A DNA stretch of 60,837 nucleotides, counting the filler, from Stramenopiles sp. TOSAG23-6 (Eukaryota): NCBI GenBank assembly GCA_900128565.1. It is 3 parts of 3 records of this genome, joined end to end, with 100 filler letters (N's around TTAATTAATTAA, not from the genome) between each part and the next. Parts side by side here need not be neighbours in the genome. Positions count along the whole stretch, not along the records: positions 20,586 to 40,775 come from LT636040.1; 2 more parts are not named here. One strand, 5' to 3'. A program made the position numbers and the translations under genes. The notes below the pieces were generated by a model. It saw only the letters and a program-made list of their open reading frames with translations. It made no database searches and was not told the DNA's origin. Numbering within the stretch: the stretch's first letter is position 1; every line of letters starts with the position of its first letter. Positions 24,824 to 36,006 of the stretch are shown one piece after another.

Positions 24824-27015
24824 ATGATTCCGACATCCACTCAAGTTGACGAGAGTGTGATTTTAAATCGGAGCGTTGACAAAGTATGGTGTCTTGTTCG
24901 AAAATTAGATTTTGCTACGTTATTTCCTGGTTTGGTATCAAAAAGCGTTAGAAACAATGACAAGGTCAACTCAAATGTTATCGTAACTTTTGTTGACGGA
25001 ACAATCTGGGAAATTCGTATGACAGGCATGAATGATTTATCACATAGTGTAAGTTGGGAGCTAGTTTCTGCGAATCCACCCACGTCATATTTGTCCCGTG
25101 TTGATACTATCTCTGTGCAACGCGTTACTGCGAAGTCATTGGAGTCTTCTTTTCTCAAGTGGTCGACGACGTTCTCGTCTGATTCAGGCGTATCTGTTAT
25201 ACAAGATTGCAAGCTAAAGAAACGCGAAGCCCTACAAAAGCTGCGTTTACTTTTTAGTTGTGATATGCAATTATCAAATATTGATTTGATGGATGGTGCT
25301 GCGTGCGGCTTTGACATTGTTATTGTCTGCACTTCTAATACTGACATGGAAAACTTCTGGCAACTTCGTTTAAACCTTGCACGCGGAAGTATTATTCCAA
25401 TTAATACTATTGTTGTAGTAGTAACCGAGGATTGGGATGGTGGTGCAGGAAATGGACTAGGAACTTTGTATGCATTTCAAAAAGCTGTGAAAAAAGCTGA
25501 AACTGTAAATGGAGTAAATCTCAATACCTTATTGAGTGAAGGCGCTTCTGCAGCTTTGTACCACACTGCTGGCAAAGGTACCCGTCTCGCCCCTCTTCCT
25601 GGTAGTGAATGTAACAATAAACCTGCAGTAAAACTTCCTGGTCTTGTGCGTTTACAGGGAGTTACTACTAATATACCTACTAAAACCCCGGTCACAATAT
25701 TAGAGTCTGTTATTCGACAAACGGGAGTATGTATGTTTTGATTTTTTTTCAATTTCGAATTTATTTTTCGTACGAAATTTCGTACCTAACGCTTTTAATG
25801 TTTGAAATATTTTTTCATAATCCATATTCTACATCAAGACCTGGCAGACTTTCTGTATTTTGGGGTGATCAATTATTTATTCCATCAGTTAAAATGGATT
25901 ATACTCCAGTTCATCATGCAGATATTTTGTGTATGTTGGGACCAATGCCAAGTGCTAATGAGTGGAAATCTCGTGGTCTCTCTGCTTTTGGTCTGATTGC
26001 AGTCAATTCCAATGGCGATGTACAATTTCATGATGAATTTCAAATTCAAGTTTTTTTTTCGTACGAAATTCCGTACCTAACGATTTTTTTCATAAAATAT
26101 TTTTTCACAATACATGCAGCTCAAGTAGAAAAAGTAGATTATCGTACTGCAACAAACTTATTACAAAATATGGGAAAAGTTGTTTCTGTTGGTACCAGTC
26201 TTGGATCCTTTTCTGTATCGTTTGCGTTATTAAATGAGTTAATGATGGAATTTAAGAAGGAATTATCTACAAAAATTGGTAAATTAGATTCTGATCCTCA
26301 TTGGTGGATGCCTCTAACACTTCCACGCAGTGGTTATATAACGTTGATGCAACGAAAAGGAATGTCTAATGCTGGTGAACATTGGGACAGAATTGCAGTA
26401 ATGAAAAAACGTTTCATGAATAAAGAATTATTGAGTAATTCTCAACACTTTGGATTGTTTGGTGCGGTAGACGTTGGCTCTGAACCATTTTGGTGGGATT
26501 ATGGACAGCTGCATAGCTACATGAGTAATAACATAAAACTCACACAATGCAGTATTGAGTCAGATGCTATGAAAAAGTTTTTTGGTGTTGATAGTAGTGT
26601 AGGTGGTTCTGTTGAACTTATCTCGTCAAAATCTAAGGGCTTATCTCTCAACTCAGTTGTTGTGGACTCTACAGTAGGTAACTTAAATGTTGAAAATTGC
26701 GTTTTATTCAACGTCTCAGCAACTTCATTGCGAGGTAAAAATTGTCTTGTATATAATCTGTACGATTCTTCACTCGAAGGGCTTGATCTTCCAGATGGTA
26801 CCGTATTGTGTGACATTCCTATTCCAAATGAAAAGAGGTTTATACGTATGCAAAGTACGATAAGTGTCAATGCTGGAACAATTTGGAAGGAAATTGTTCA
26901 CGACAATGAAAAGTCTTTTGAAGAGATCTATTTGACAAATAACAATGTGTCTTTAGCAGATGCCGAAAAATTATGTGAAATAAAACGCAAGGCTATAAGG
27001 GCAAAGTTGATGTAA
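24824..27015 (+). CDS. Bet v1/polyketide-cyclase-like domain fused to a nucleotidyltransferase-like domain; exons 24824-25730, 25826-26019, 26116-27015
   Basis: N-terminal ~145 aa SRPBCC-like pattern (ESVILNRSVDKVW...WELVSANPP...FLKWSTTFSSD), then GAGNGLGTLYAF, HTAGKGTRLAPL..NNKP, spliced QTGVYSTSRPGRLSVFWGDQ and GDAAQVEKV. Confidence 0.7.
25731..25825 (+). mobile_element. Introner-like GT-AT intron, 95 nt
   Basis: GGA GTA T|GTATGTTTTG...TTTCGTACGAAATTTCGTACCTAAC...CATAATCCAT|AT TCT ACA; joins ORFs 24803 and 25729 in frame. Confidence 0.88.
26020..26115 (+). mobile_element. Introner-like GT-AT intron, 96 nt, in frame and stop-free
   Basis: GGC GAT|GTACAATTTCATGATG...TTCGTACGAAATTCCGTACCTAAC...CACAATACAT|GCA GCT CAA. 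Confidence 0.85.
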
Positions 27016-27155
27016 AAATACTGTACTTTATAGTACATAGTAGAAATATTTTTAAGGTTGAAAAAACAGTTGCCGCGATTTAACTTGAATAAAAGCATTT
27101 TATTTTTTATACTCTACCAAAACATACTTGAAGTCATATATCATACACTAAAGAA

Positions 27156-27761
27156 CTAGATGGCCTCAAAATCAAACGCACAATCAACTGCGTCATCATT
27201 ACCATCACCTGGAATACCATTCAGTTCACCAATCTTAGCTGAGTCAGGAAGCTCACCATACAATTTGAGGTTACGTGCCTCATCAGCGGAATATTTCTGA
27301 ATTACATCTGCTTTTGAATCTTGAAATTCACGAAGCCCAATAAGTATAATATCACCAACTCCTACCCAAACACGCTTTCTCATTTTACCTCTGATGTGAC
27401 ACAAACGTTTCTTTCCGTCAAAGCAATAAGCTTCAAGACGACCATTTCCAAGCATTTTCAATACTTGTGCGTATTCTGTAATAAGTGAAGGTAAATTTCA
27501 AAAATATAGGTTAGCATATAAAGAAAGGGTAAATGACGTTTCATTAAAGAAGATGAGATGAAATTTAAAGAATATTTCATCCAAAATTCATGTGAAAGTA
27601 CAAACAAAAAAATTTGGACAGTACTGATGGAAGAAGGACTAGATGTGTATATGTGACGTACCTTGACCGTGTTCTTTGAATTCTAATTCACGCCTTTCAT
27701 CCTCGTTTTCATTCTTTCCACGACGTCTGTTCTTACCGCCTTTTCCTTTGTTTTTTGGCAT
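27156..27761 (-). CDS. EIF1A: Translation initiation factor eIF1A; exons 27761-27662, 27475-27156
   Basis: [53 protein letters not shown]; canonical GTACGT...TTACAG intron at 27476-27661. Confidence 0.97.
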
Positions 27762-28099
27762 TGTGGGTGGGAAAAGTAATAATAAAATTAGTCGCAGACA
27801 ACACAAGCGCACCAATACACAGAGGTGAATCAAGACGATCAAGTCAGAGTCTCAGAGACTGACCGGTTTCGCAAATTTGTGACACGTGGCATTACAAAGG
27901 AAAAAGGTCAACTACTACAAATAGCAAAAAGAGGTGATCAGGACTGAGGAGGTAGTATATTCTAACAAATTGAAATTTTGAGATTCATTGAATTTTATCG
28001 AAAAGAGTCAACAACTCGCTTTTCAGTGAGCATTGTGAGAAACTACTCATCAAAAGATCAAAAACTACAACGCATTTTCCACGCTGAGAACAAAAAAGT

Positions 28100-29150
28100 A
28101 TGACAGAACTTCAAGATATTTCAACTGTACGATCTGAAGGCAATGTTGCTTTCAAGGGTGGTGAATATGCAAAGGCGCTAACGAAGTATACAAAAGCGCT
28201 TGAACTTGCTACCAACGACAAATTATTTGAAGACAGACACAAATTATTAAGCAACCGAGCTGCTACCCATATGAAATTGAGGCAATACAATGAAGCTTTA
28301 GCGGATGCAACAGCAGCAGTATTAGAAAAGCCTACATGGGTAAAAGCATACCATAGAAAAGCACTCGCCTACTTAGCTTTGGAAGAACCAGGAAATGCTC
28401 GCGAAGTGTATCTCGAATTTCAGAGATTAGCAGGAGATTCTGAAAATATATTTGTTAAAAAACAGTTGCAAAAGCTTCAAGATAAAGTGCCAATACAATC
28501 CGTAGATGAATTTCTCGACCTATTCAAGTCAATTCGTTCAGAGACACGTCTTCGATTATTTACATTAGCCTCTTTCTGGAATCGCTCAAAGCGTCATGAG
28601 CGTTTAGCTATATTAAAAAGAATTATGACTTTAATCGGTGGAGAGAGTGGACCATCACCAGCTGTGGAAAAATTTCGTTCGGAGGAAATGAATCGTATGT
28701 TTTATATGAATTTCTAATTTAATTGTTTTTTCATACGAAATTTCGTACCTAACGATTTTTTTTGAAATATTTTTTCACAATACATGTCTTCCTCTTGAAA
28801 TTTATAAAGACTTGACCTTGCCCTCAACTTGGTTAAAATGGTATCAGTTATGCACGAAATCTGAAAAGGTGACTATATTGGATATGATATGGCGTGAGTG
28901 TACTGCCGAAGAGCACAATTTCATCATTGTTGATCTCCAGGCATTTTTTAGTGTAACAGGGTCTACAAAAAAATCAGTTGTTCAAAGGAAAAACATGAAA
29001 TTGAAAAATCCAAAAGTTCTTTCAAAAAAAGAAGTTATCGTGCCATGCAGCAACCCTAACCCTAATCCAAAAGTTCTTTCAAAAAAAGAAGTTATCGTGC
29101 CATGCAGCAACCCTAAGGAGAAATCTAATAAAATTAACTCAAATAGATGA
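28100..29150 (+). CDS. TPR-repeat protein; exons 28100-28694, 28786-29150
   Basis: Three TPR motifs (EGNVAFKGGEYAKALTKYTKAL, LLSNRAATHMKL, WVKAYHRKALA); removing 28695-28785 joins the two ORFs in frame. Confidence 0.8.
28695..28785 (+). mobile_element. Introner-like GT-AT intron, 91 nt (TPR gene)
   Basis: AAT C|GTATGTTTTATATG...TTCATACGAAATTTCGTACCTAAC...CACAATACAT|GT CTT CCT. Confidence 0.85.
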
Positions 29151-29360
29151 TTGGAAGGGTTACAAAGAAATTTTAATTTGAGTTTTAATTTGAGTTTTGT
29201 GTAAGTTGAATAATTTTATAACAGTTTTCAACATAAAAACAAAGAAAATATTCCTGATAATTTTGTGTTGAAGCTCTCAAACGAAACAGATGATGCTGTA
29301 GTCTGTAATAGCGGAACTTCAAATAAATTTATAGTAAAGTAGCTATATATAGTATTGTTT

Positions 29361-29969
29361 CTATTGTACCACACAATTTTCTGACATGGCAGTGACAAGT
29401 GAATGACAACCATCACTAAATATTTTCTCCTGCTTTTCTTCATGTTTTTTGCATGGAACACTTTCTACACTCAAAATATTGCCAGTGCTGTTTTTGATTC
29501 TTTGATTTTTATTACAAAGGATATTTTCCCCAGCCTCGCGAGTTGAGTTATTCATATTATTGTTTGAAAATACAAGTTGTGTAGTTGAACTGTCTATAGT
29601 AGTTTGCCAGCGATGAAGCAGTTCTAATTCTTGGGACTTTGGTGAAAGTGAAGCAAGTGATATAGGAGAAGCCAAACGCTCACGTTTACGTACTCGGTGA
29701 ATTAGTCGCTCAAGTCGGGTTTTGCGTCTTATTTCTGCTTCTTCATCAAAAGTGGAATTTTCTACTTGTTCAAAAAGTTCCGTCTCACTAGATGCACAAT
29801 AATCAAAATCTTCTATCTCTCTATCAGAATATGTAGGTCTATCAATATCATGTTTCGGAGTTCCTCCAGCTATCACTCCCTGATTCTCATCTAAATCAGG
29901 CAATGTTTTCGTAATTGTTGGAACAATATGTGGAACCTGAATATTCCCTGAAACTTCTCGAAGTGCCAT
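29361..29969 (-). CDS. Hypothetical protein
   Basis: Open frame from MALREVSGNI in an otherwise empty slot; no recognised domain. Confidence 0.5.
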   Translation of the reverse strand: MALREVSGNIQVPHIVPTITKTLPDLDENQGVIAGGTPKHDIDRPTYSDREIEDFDYCASSETELFEQVENSTFDEEAEIRRKTRLERLIHRVRKRERLASPISLASLSPKSQELELLHRWQTTIDSSTTQLVFSNNNMNNSTREAGENILCNKNQRIKNSTGNILSVESVPCKKHEEKQEKIFSDGCHSLVTAMSENCVVQ

Positions 29970-30216
29970 TTTGATTGAGAAGTCAAATATAATAATATTA
30001 TTACGCAGGAATAGACTAGAAGAAATAAAAAAATTTGATGTGTGGTGCGGTACCCGGTACTGTACTTTAAAAAAAAAAATCAATCTGAAATCGCGCGGAT
30101 GATGGACACTTGACTTGATGATGATATTTTATCCAATATAATATAATATTGTAGAGAGAAGAAGAAGAAGAAGAAAGAGCTAAAAAAAGCAACCAATAAT
30201 AAGTGCTTCCTTTAAA

Positions 30217-32127
30217 ATGAGCATAGCTGAAATTGACCCTCCTATAGATTGTTGTTTCATATTTGATAGAAGCCTTTCTCCTGAAGGAGAAAATGCAAGC
30301 ATTTTGGAACAGTCTGCTCAGCTTTTGTTTTATACTCCCAAAGAGACACCTTTGAAGGACAAGTTAGGGCGAGTGAACCTTGCTGCAGGTTTTATAGATT
30401 TCCATCGAACTTTTGCCGACTCTTCTGCTTGTATTCACACGGTGGAAACGTCAAATCTTTGTTGGGGCTTTTTAAAATCTGAGCCTGGTGTCTGGCTTGT
30501 AATGGTTTTACAAAAAACTTATTTTNTTAGTATCAGTCAATTTAGTAAAAACTCTGGAAGACTTTCTTATCGTTCAGACAAAACTGCGGATAATTCTTTA
30601 AAATCATTCATTGGAGGGTTAGGAATATCAGTGGCGAAATCTAGTGAAAGCCACAGTAAAAAAAAATCGCTTAGGACTAGTTCTGCCAACAGTCGTCGTG
30701 GGGCTGTTCTTGCCAAATCTGATGATGCAACAGAAACCAGATTTTCTCCTCGAATTCTCAGTGCAGTTTTGAAAAGTTTATATTCACGTTACACCCTTCT
30801 CCATGGAAGTATAACATCAGCCGTTCATGTTCCAAATATATTAAATAGTCAAGTAATTGCTCTGCAACGTTTACGGAAAATCGTTCGGAAAGCTAAAGAA
30901 GCAAAAAGTGCAGTTCTATTAGCAACTGCGACGAAAACGGAACAGCGAACCAAGCAAATTGAAAACTTACCATCTAAGATTAAGGAATTAGAAATAGCCG
31001 AAATGGCATCACCTCTAATACCACTTCGAAGTAGTTTATTTTCTTCATTTTGTTCAAGTATCAATGATTTAGTCTTCCCATTGCATTTTGTGCATGGGCT
31101 TTCAACATGCAAATACTTTTCACTGAACAGAGTGACATATTTAGCATCACAATATCTCATTTATCAAATGAAAACAACATTTACAAGTATAAAACACTAC
31201 GCATTCTTGTATGACCTCCATTTAGTACATAATGACGTACCTGATGTGTTTTTTGGTACTGAAACTGACAGTGAAACGTATAATACTATGAATATTTTAT
31301 ATCATTATTTACACTCTCCATATTTAAAAAATTTAATACACCATGCCCAACAAATGTCATTACCGTTTCTATTAAATTCTAATGGACTTATTTACTCACA
31401 TCCGGTGTTCCATCGTGAGCTATGTTCACCCAGTAAAATACCAAAGTATACGGAACTTGGTAATTTATTGATTTATCAGGAATCTCGCATAACTATAGTA
31501 CTTATTGTTGATAAGATGATTGATTTTAAAGTAAATAATAGAAATAGTGTTGACTTTTGTAACCAAATTACAAATTTCCTTAGAAAAGATACGAAGCAGC
31601 TAAATTCTATGATTGTTGATGAATTAGATAGACAAAGTCATCAACATTCTGCTCCATTTTCATCATTTATATCAGCAAATTCAGCCAATGCTTCTTTAGC
31701 TCATCATGGATTTCAGTCTCCTGAACTTGTTTCATTGATGCCACACCCAAAGAAAGACATAACAAAAAAGCCAGCTTACATATACTTTAGTGGTAGCAAT
31801 TGTGCTATTAAGATGGTCGGGTTTTCAACTCCGAAAAGTAGAAAAATAGATAATGGCAAATTAGTAACAATATCAATGAAGGATTTAAATTTAGGTATAA
31901 AGCAGTGGCAGTTTGAAGGGTTTGATGCAATATTTAATGGAATAAGTGAAGATTTAGTAGGAACCTATATAAAGATTGAAGGTACAGGTTGGATTATTTT
32001 TCGAATGTGTGGTAGACGTTTGTTATATACAGTTTTTGGTAAAGATAGTAAAACCGAGTCTCTTTATAATGCCGAAAAACAACTAATTAATTTATGCCAG
32101 AATTGTTTTTTGAATATATTCTTGTAA
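30217..32127 (+). CDS. CCZ1: CCZ1-like longin-domain vacuolar fusion protein
   Basis: N-terminal CFIFDRSL.PEGE..LLFYTP....KLGRVNLAAGFIDFHRTF..SEPGVWLVMV and C-terminal GWIIFRMCGRRLLY..F.NIFL. Confidence 0.75.
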   Translation: MSIAEIDPPIDCCFIFDRSLSPEGENASILEQSAQLLFYTPKETPLKDKLGRVNLAAGFIDFHRTFADSSACIHTVETSNLCWGFLKSEPGVWLVMVLQKTYFXSISQFSKNSGRLSYRSDKTADNSLKSFIGGLGISVAKSSESHSKKKSLRTSSANSRRGAVLAKSDDATETRFSPRILSAVLKSLYSRYTLLHGSITSAVHVPNILNSQVIALQRLRKIVRKAKEAKSAVLLATATKTEQRTKQIENLPSKIKELEIAEMASPLIPLRSSLFSSFCSSINDLVFPLHFVHGLSTCKYFSLNRVTYLASQYLIYQMKTTFTSIKHYAFLYDLHLVHNDVPDVFFGTETDSETYNTMNILYHYLHSPYLKNLIHHAQQMSLPFLLNSNGLIYSHPVFHRELCSPSKIPKYTELGNLLIYQESRITIVLIVDKMIDFKVNNRNSVDFCNQITNFLRKDTKQLNSMIVDELDRQSHQHSAPFSSFISANSANASLAHHGFQSPELVSLMPHPKKDITKKPAYIYFSGSNCAIKMVGFSTPKSRKIDNGKLVTISMKDLNLGIKQWQFEGFDAIFNGISEDLVGTYIKIEGTGWIIFRMCGRRLLYTVFGKDSKTESLYNAEKQLINLCQNCFLNIFL

Positions 32128-32329
32128 TAATATAAAAAAGTGAATGCTTGTATTGTAGGTTTAAAATTTAACAATCAAAAGTTGTATATCATTAGAGATT
32201 TTGAAGTAAATATATTTATTTCCATTGTGCAATTTTTATTTTCTATGTAAGAAACATTATCTGTACGTCTAATTAATAGTATAATTAAAAATATTATCAT
32301 GTCCTAAATTTCAATATTCATCATGAAGT

Positions 32330-33595
32330 TTACAGTTCATTTTCTTCATTCCAGTATGCTTCAGCTTCTTCATATATTTTGTTGACCATAGCTAGGCGTG
32401 TTGAATGCCCAGAAGTTGATTTAGACGGATCATGTAGCAAAAGTAATTGATTGTACCGTTCTTTTCGCGCTGCGGCATCTTCGGGCCATTCTTCAATCAG
32501 TGTTGTAGTCTCTATCGAGTCCCAATCACTAGCCATCACATCCGTTGATTTAAGTTTGATTTGAATTCCACTCTTTGCCATGTCTTTAAGCTCTTCTCCA
32601 GCAGATTTACCAATCATTGCAGTAAATATTGTGACTTCATCTTCGAGTATATCCCCACCAGCCATTGTAACAAGAACATCACTGTTATTCACTACTAATA
32701 CCCCAATTGCTCCAGCAGCTTCCGCGTATTCAGATTTTTTTGTAAACGAACAACCTCCTCGCCAAATTAGAGCAACCTTACCTTTCAAGTCACTCGAGTT
32801 CGTCAACTCTTCACAACCATTCATTGGTTCAGAACGAACAAGTTCGACCGCATGTGTAGGATAGTTTGGAATAGGTCCACCAAATTCAGCTCGGAGATAT
32901 TCGAAACTGGAATTTTCTGCTGTTGTGAGGAGACCTCCGTCAGCAGAGAGCATTTCAACACCATCATAGTGGACTTTTTCATCTATGTTATGTTTATCAT
33001 TGTATTGCTGACTACATGGACCTGTCAGATATGTTCCTTCTTTAGACCACTTTTTAGCAACGACTGCGCCTAAGACAATTGTTTCTCTGGATAAAATTTT
33101 CTTTAGCGCCGAGCCTGCGGATTGTCGTATGGCCGTAACGGGAATTGTAATTTCCGGTTCATGTTCCTCAGTGACATTCATAAATGCTGCCGGTAAACGA
33201 GGAATAGCTTGATCGCTATTTATAAGTATCATACCAACAGCGCCGGCGGATTGTGCATAAAAAGCTTTGTCTGCAAAAGAACACTTCCCACGGTCTACAA
33301 GAAGGATCGCACCTGAGGCAACAGCAGGGTCTGGCTTTTCACAACAATTAACTGGCTCAGACATTCGAATTGGTTCGTACTTACAATGTAATGATGAACC
33401 GAATAACGCCTTAACAAATTCATATGAACTTCCTCCACCAAGAAGCTCTATTGATCCCCATGCTTCACTGCGGTCCTTATTAGCAAGTGTACTAATACGT
33501 ACAGCCGGGGTCTCTGCTTGTTCATTATCTTCAGCGGAAACAACCATATTTCGTCGCACAATAACAATTGCTAATAAATAGCTCAACTTTAACAT
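32330..33595 (-). CDS. Secreted protein with two protease-associated (PA) domains
   Basis: Signal-like N-terminus; ILLVDRGKCSFADKAFYAQSAGAVGMILIN and VALIWRGGCSFTKKSEYAEAAGAIGVLVVN. Confidence 0.85.
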   Translation of the reverse strand: MLKLSYLLAIVIVRRNMVVSAEDNEQAETPAVRISTLANKDRSEAWGSIELLGGGSSYEFVKALFGSSLHCKYEPIRMSEPVNCCEKPDPAVASGAILLVDRGKCSFADKAFYAQSAGAVGMILINSDQAIPRLPAAFMNVTEEHEPEITIPVTAIRQSAGSALKKILSRETIVLGAVVAKKWSKEGTYLTGPCSQQYNDKHNIDEKVHYDGVEMLSADGGLLTTAENSSFEYLRAEFGGPIPNYPTHAVELVRSEPMNGCEELTNSSDLKGKVALIWRGGCSFTKKSEYAEAAGAIGVLVVNNSDVLVTMAGGDILEDEVTIFTAMIGKSAGEELKDMAKSGIQIKLKSTDVMASDWDSIETTTLIEEWPEDAAARKERYNQLLLLHDPSKSTSGHSTRLAMVNKIYEEAEAYWNEENEL

Positions 33596-34112
33596 TTTCT
33601 AGCAAGCCTTGTATATATTTATTAATTCTCTGTTGGGACTTTCAAGAAAAAGTAATTGGAGAAAATGAAATCTCTCTCAGAGTATCTTCTTCTATATTTA
33701 TCGAGGAAAAAAAACGTATCCTCTGGATTCCTCTCTCTCGAATTTCGAAATCTTCGATGGCGATAAGCAGGTTTGTAATTTTCACTGTCAAATTTGAATT
33801 TTTTCGAAAAGCAAATTTGAAAATTCATTTCCAGATTCCCAAATTTTGTTACAGAATTTTGTACCAATCGGCAATAATTCAAATCATTCAAATCTGGCCA
33901 TAAAGCCAATTCTTTCAATTCAAACAAAAAAGAAAGTGAAGAGAGAATTTCTTCAAAACGACATTCATAATTTCGTTCTTTCAGATTTGTCCAACAAATT
34001 TTCGCATTTGAAGCATTAGAAACTCAAATAGACAACAAAGTATCACTGTCGTTGATCCAGGTGGTTGAATTTGTTGTTTTTTGTGTTTGCATAACGATAG
34101 CTAATACTCAAT

Positions 34113-35867
34113 ATGTCTTCTGAAGTTCAAACTCCAATCTGCTCGAATACTTCTTGTCTCCACCAGTTGGTACTTCGAGATAACAATTCAAAAGTTGAAC
34201 CAAAGATCATTCATCTTCATAGTAGTGGGAAAAGTTCATTTAAAGTAAGTTATTGTTTTCATACAAATAATCATTTTTCTCCTTCATTCTTGTTTATCTT
34301 AAACTTTTTTTTATCTTCATTTGTTGTTACTTCGATTACACTTCGTTTCTGTACCTATTTTTTCAGATAATTTGTGTAACTTAACGAAGCAAGTAATTTT
34401 AAAAAAATTCATTCAATACAGCTTGGAAGGAGTCGGTCTTCAGCTGATGTTGTCTTTAGTTCTAAAGGAGGTCCCCTAATGATTTCTAGAGTTCACGCAA
34501 TACTTTCTCGGTCTAAAGCATCTGAAAAGATTTCCGAGAATAATACTTTAATTGGCAATAGTATCAACAGTTTAAATAGTAAATCATCACTGGAAGTTTC
34601 TAAGAGTACTGTATGGTGGAAGATTGAAGATAATAATAGTAGAAATGGTATGTTTGTCAACTCTATTAAGTTAGCTGAGGCGACTCTGTCTCATGGAGAC
34701 ATAGTGACTTTTGGTGGGGGAGGCACTCTCCCTTACGGTACCCATAAAAACAACATTGAATCTGATTATCAGTATGTATTTTTAAAAGTTTGCTCTAATC
34801 AAGATGAAGATAATATATCAACAAACGAATATAAGGAAAAGAATAGCAAGAAAAATATGTTTCAAAGAAATTCTTTCCCGACAACGGGCTCTTCAAGTCG
34901 TCGGAAGCGGCCACTTACTGAAAAGATTGATCTTTCCTCGAAGCGTCCTAGACTTGATACATCATGCATTGTTTCAAATACGATGAATATACATAAAAAA
35001 CATGAAATACCAATAACGAAGGAAGGTGATAACGCGATAGCTACAGGGATTTGCGGGGATGGAGTCTCACTAAATTCACAGAAAAATGTTGATTTATCAA
35101 CTAAAAGCACTGCATTAGTTCCTTTTTCTTCTGTGCTTCCCCAAGGTACTGTCAAAGTTAATTGTTTGCAAGAAGAATTGACGTGCCCGATATGTTTGGA
35201 TTATTTACTTCAAGCTCACACCCTAGGATGTGGTCATTCACTATGTATGCTTTCAAAATTGAATTTCAAATTTTTCAAATTTATTTATTTTCGTACCAAA
35301 TTTTGTACCTAACATTATTTTTTGGAAATATTTTTCCACAATATATGTGCTCCGTGTATTGTAAAAACGCTTGAAAACAAACGAGCTTGTCCTTGTTGTC
35401 GTGCACCAACAACCAAGCCACCTATACGTTCACGTGTTCTAGATAATGCAATTAACAAATTATTGAAACAAGAAGGATGCGAGTCAAAATATTCTGAGTA
35501 CCTACACCGATTAAAAAAATGGGAAAAAGATATCAGTTTGAGAAAAGCCCAAGCAAAACAATTGAAAAGAGTTATATGTAACGCAAAGCGAGAAGGAAAG
35601 CATTTCCTCTGTATCACTGATAAATGGACAAGTAATGAACAACAAGTTTTTCAAAAAGGTGTTGCTCTTTATCATGGTGTTGCTCGAGTTGTATACTGCA
35701 ACACCACAAGTTTGACAGCAGAGTATATAGAAAGTGCTTCAAAAGAAGAATTAAAGCTCGCTAGTTTAAATGTCGGTGTGGTAAATAAGAAATCAGTATC
35801 AACCTTAGATGCATCAACAATGCGATCATTGTTACACATGTTCAGATTATATGGTGGCCGTGAATAA
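34113..35867 (+). CDS. FHA + RING E3 ubiquitin ligase (RNF8/CHFR-like); exons 34113-34244, 34422-35244, 35347-35867
   Basis: FHA motifs LGRS..ISRVHA..SRNGMFVN; RING CPIC..CGHSLC|APC..CPCCR. Intron 34245-34421 is canonical GTAAGT...AATACAG. Confidence 0.88.
35245..35346 (+). mobile_element. Introner-like GT-AT intron, 102 nt, splitting a RING cysteine codon
   Basis: TCA CTA T|GTATGCTTTC...TTTCGTACCAAATTTTGTACCTAAC...CACAATATAT|GT GCT CCG TGT; contains an in-frame TAA. Confidence 0.92.
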
Positions 35868-36006
35868 TAGTTGTTCTCTATGTGTAAAAGCTCGGGACAT
35901 TTTTATTGAGGCACTATTGACGATTTCAGTATTGAGTTTATAGTGAAAGAATAAAAATTGTATTTTACTTATTCCCACTCAGAACTAAACTTTTATTTAT
36001 TTATTA

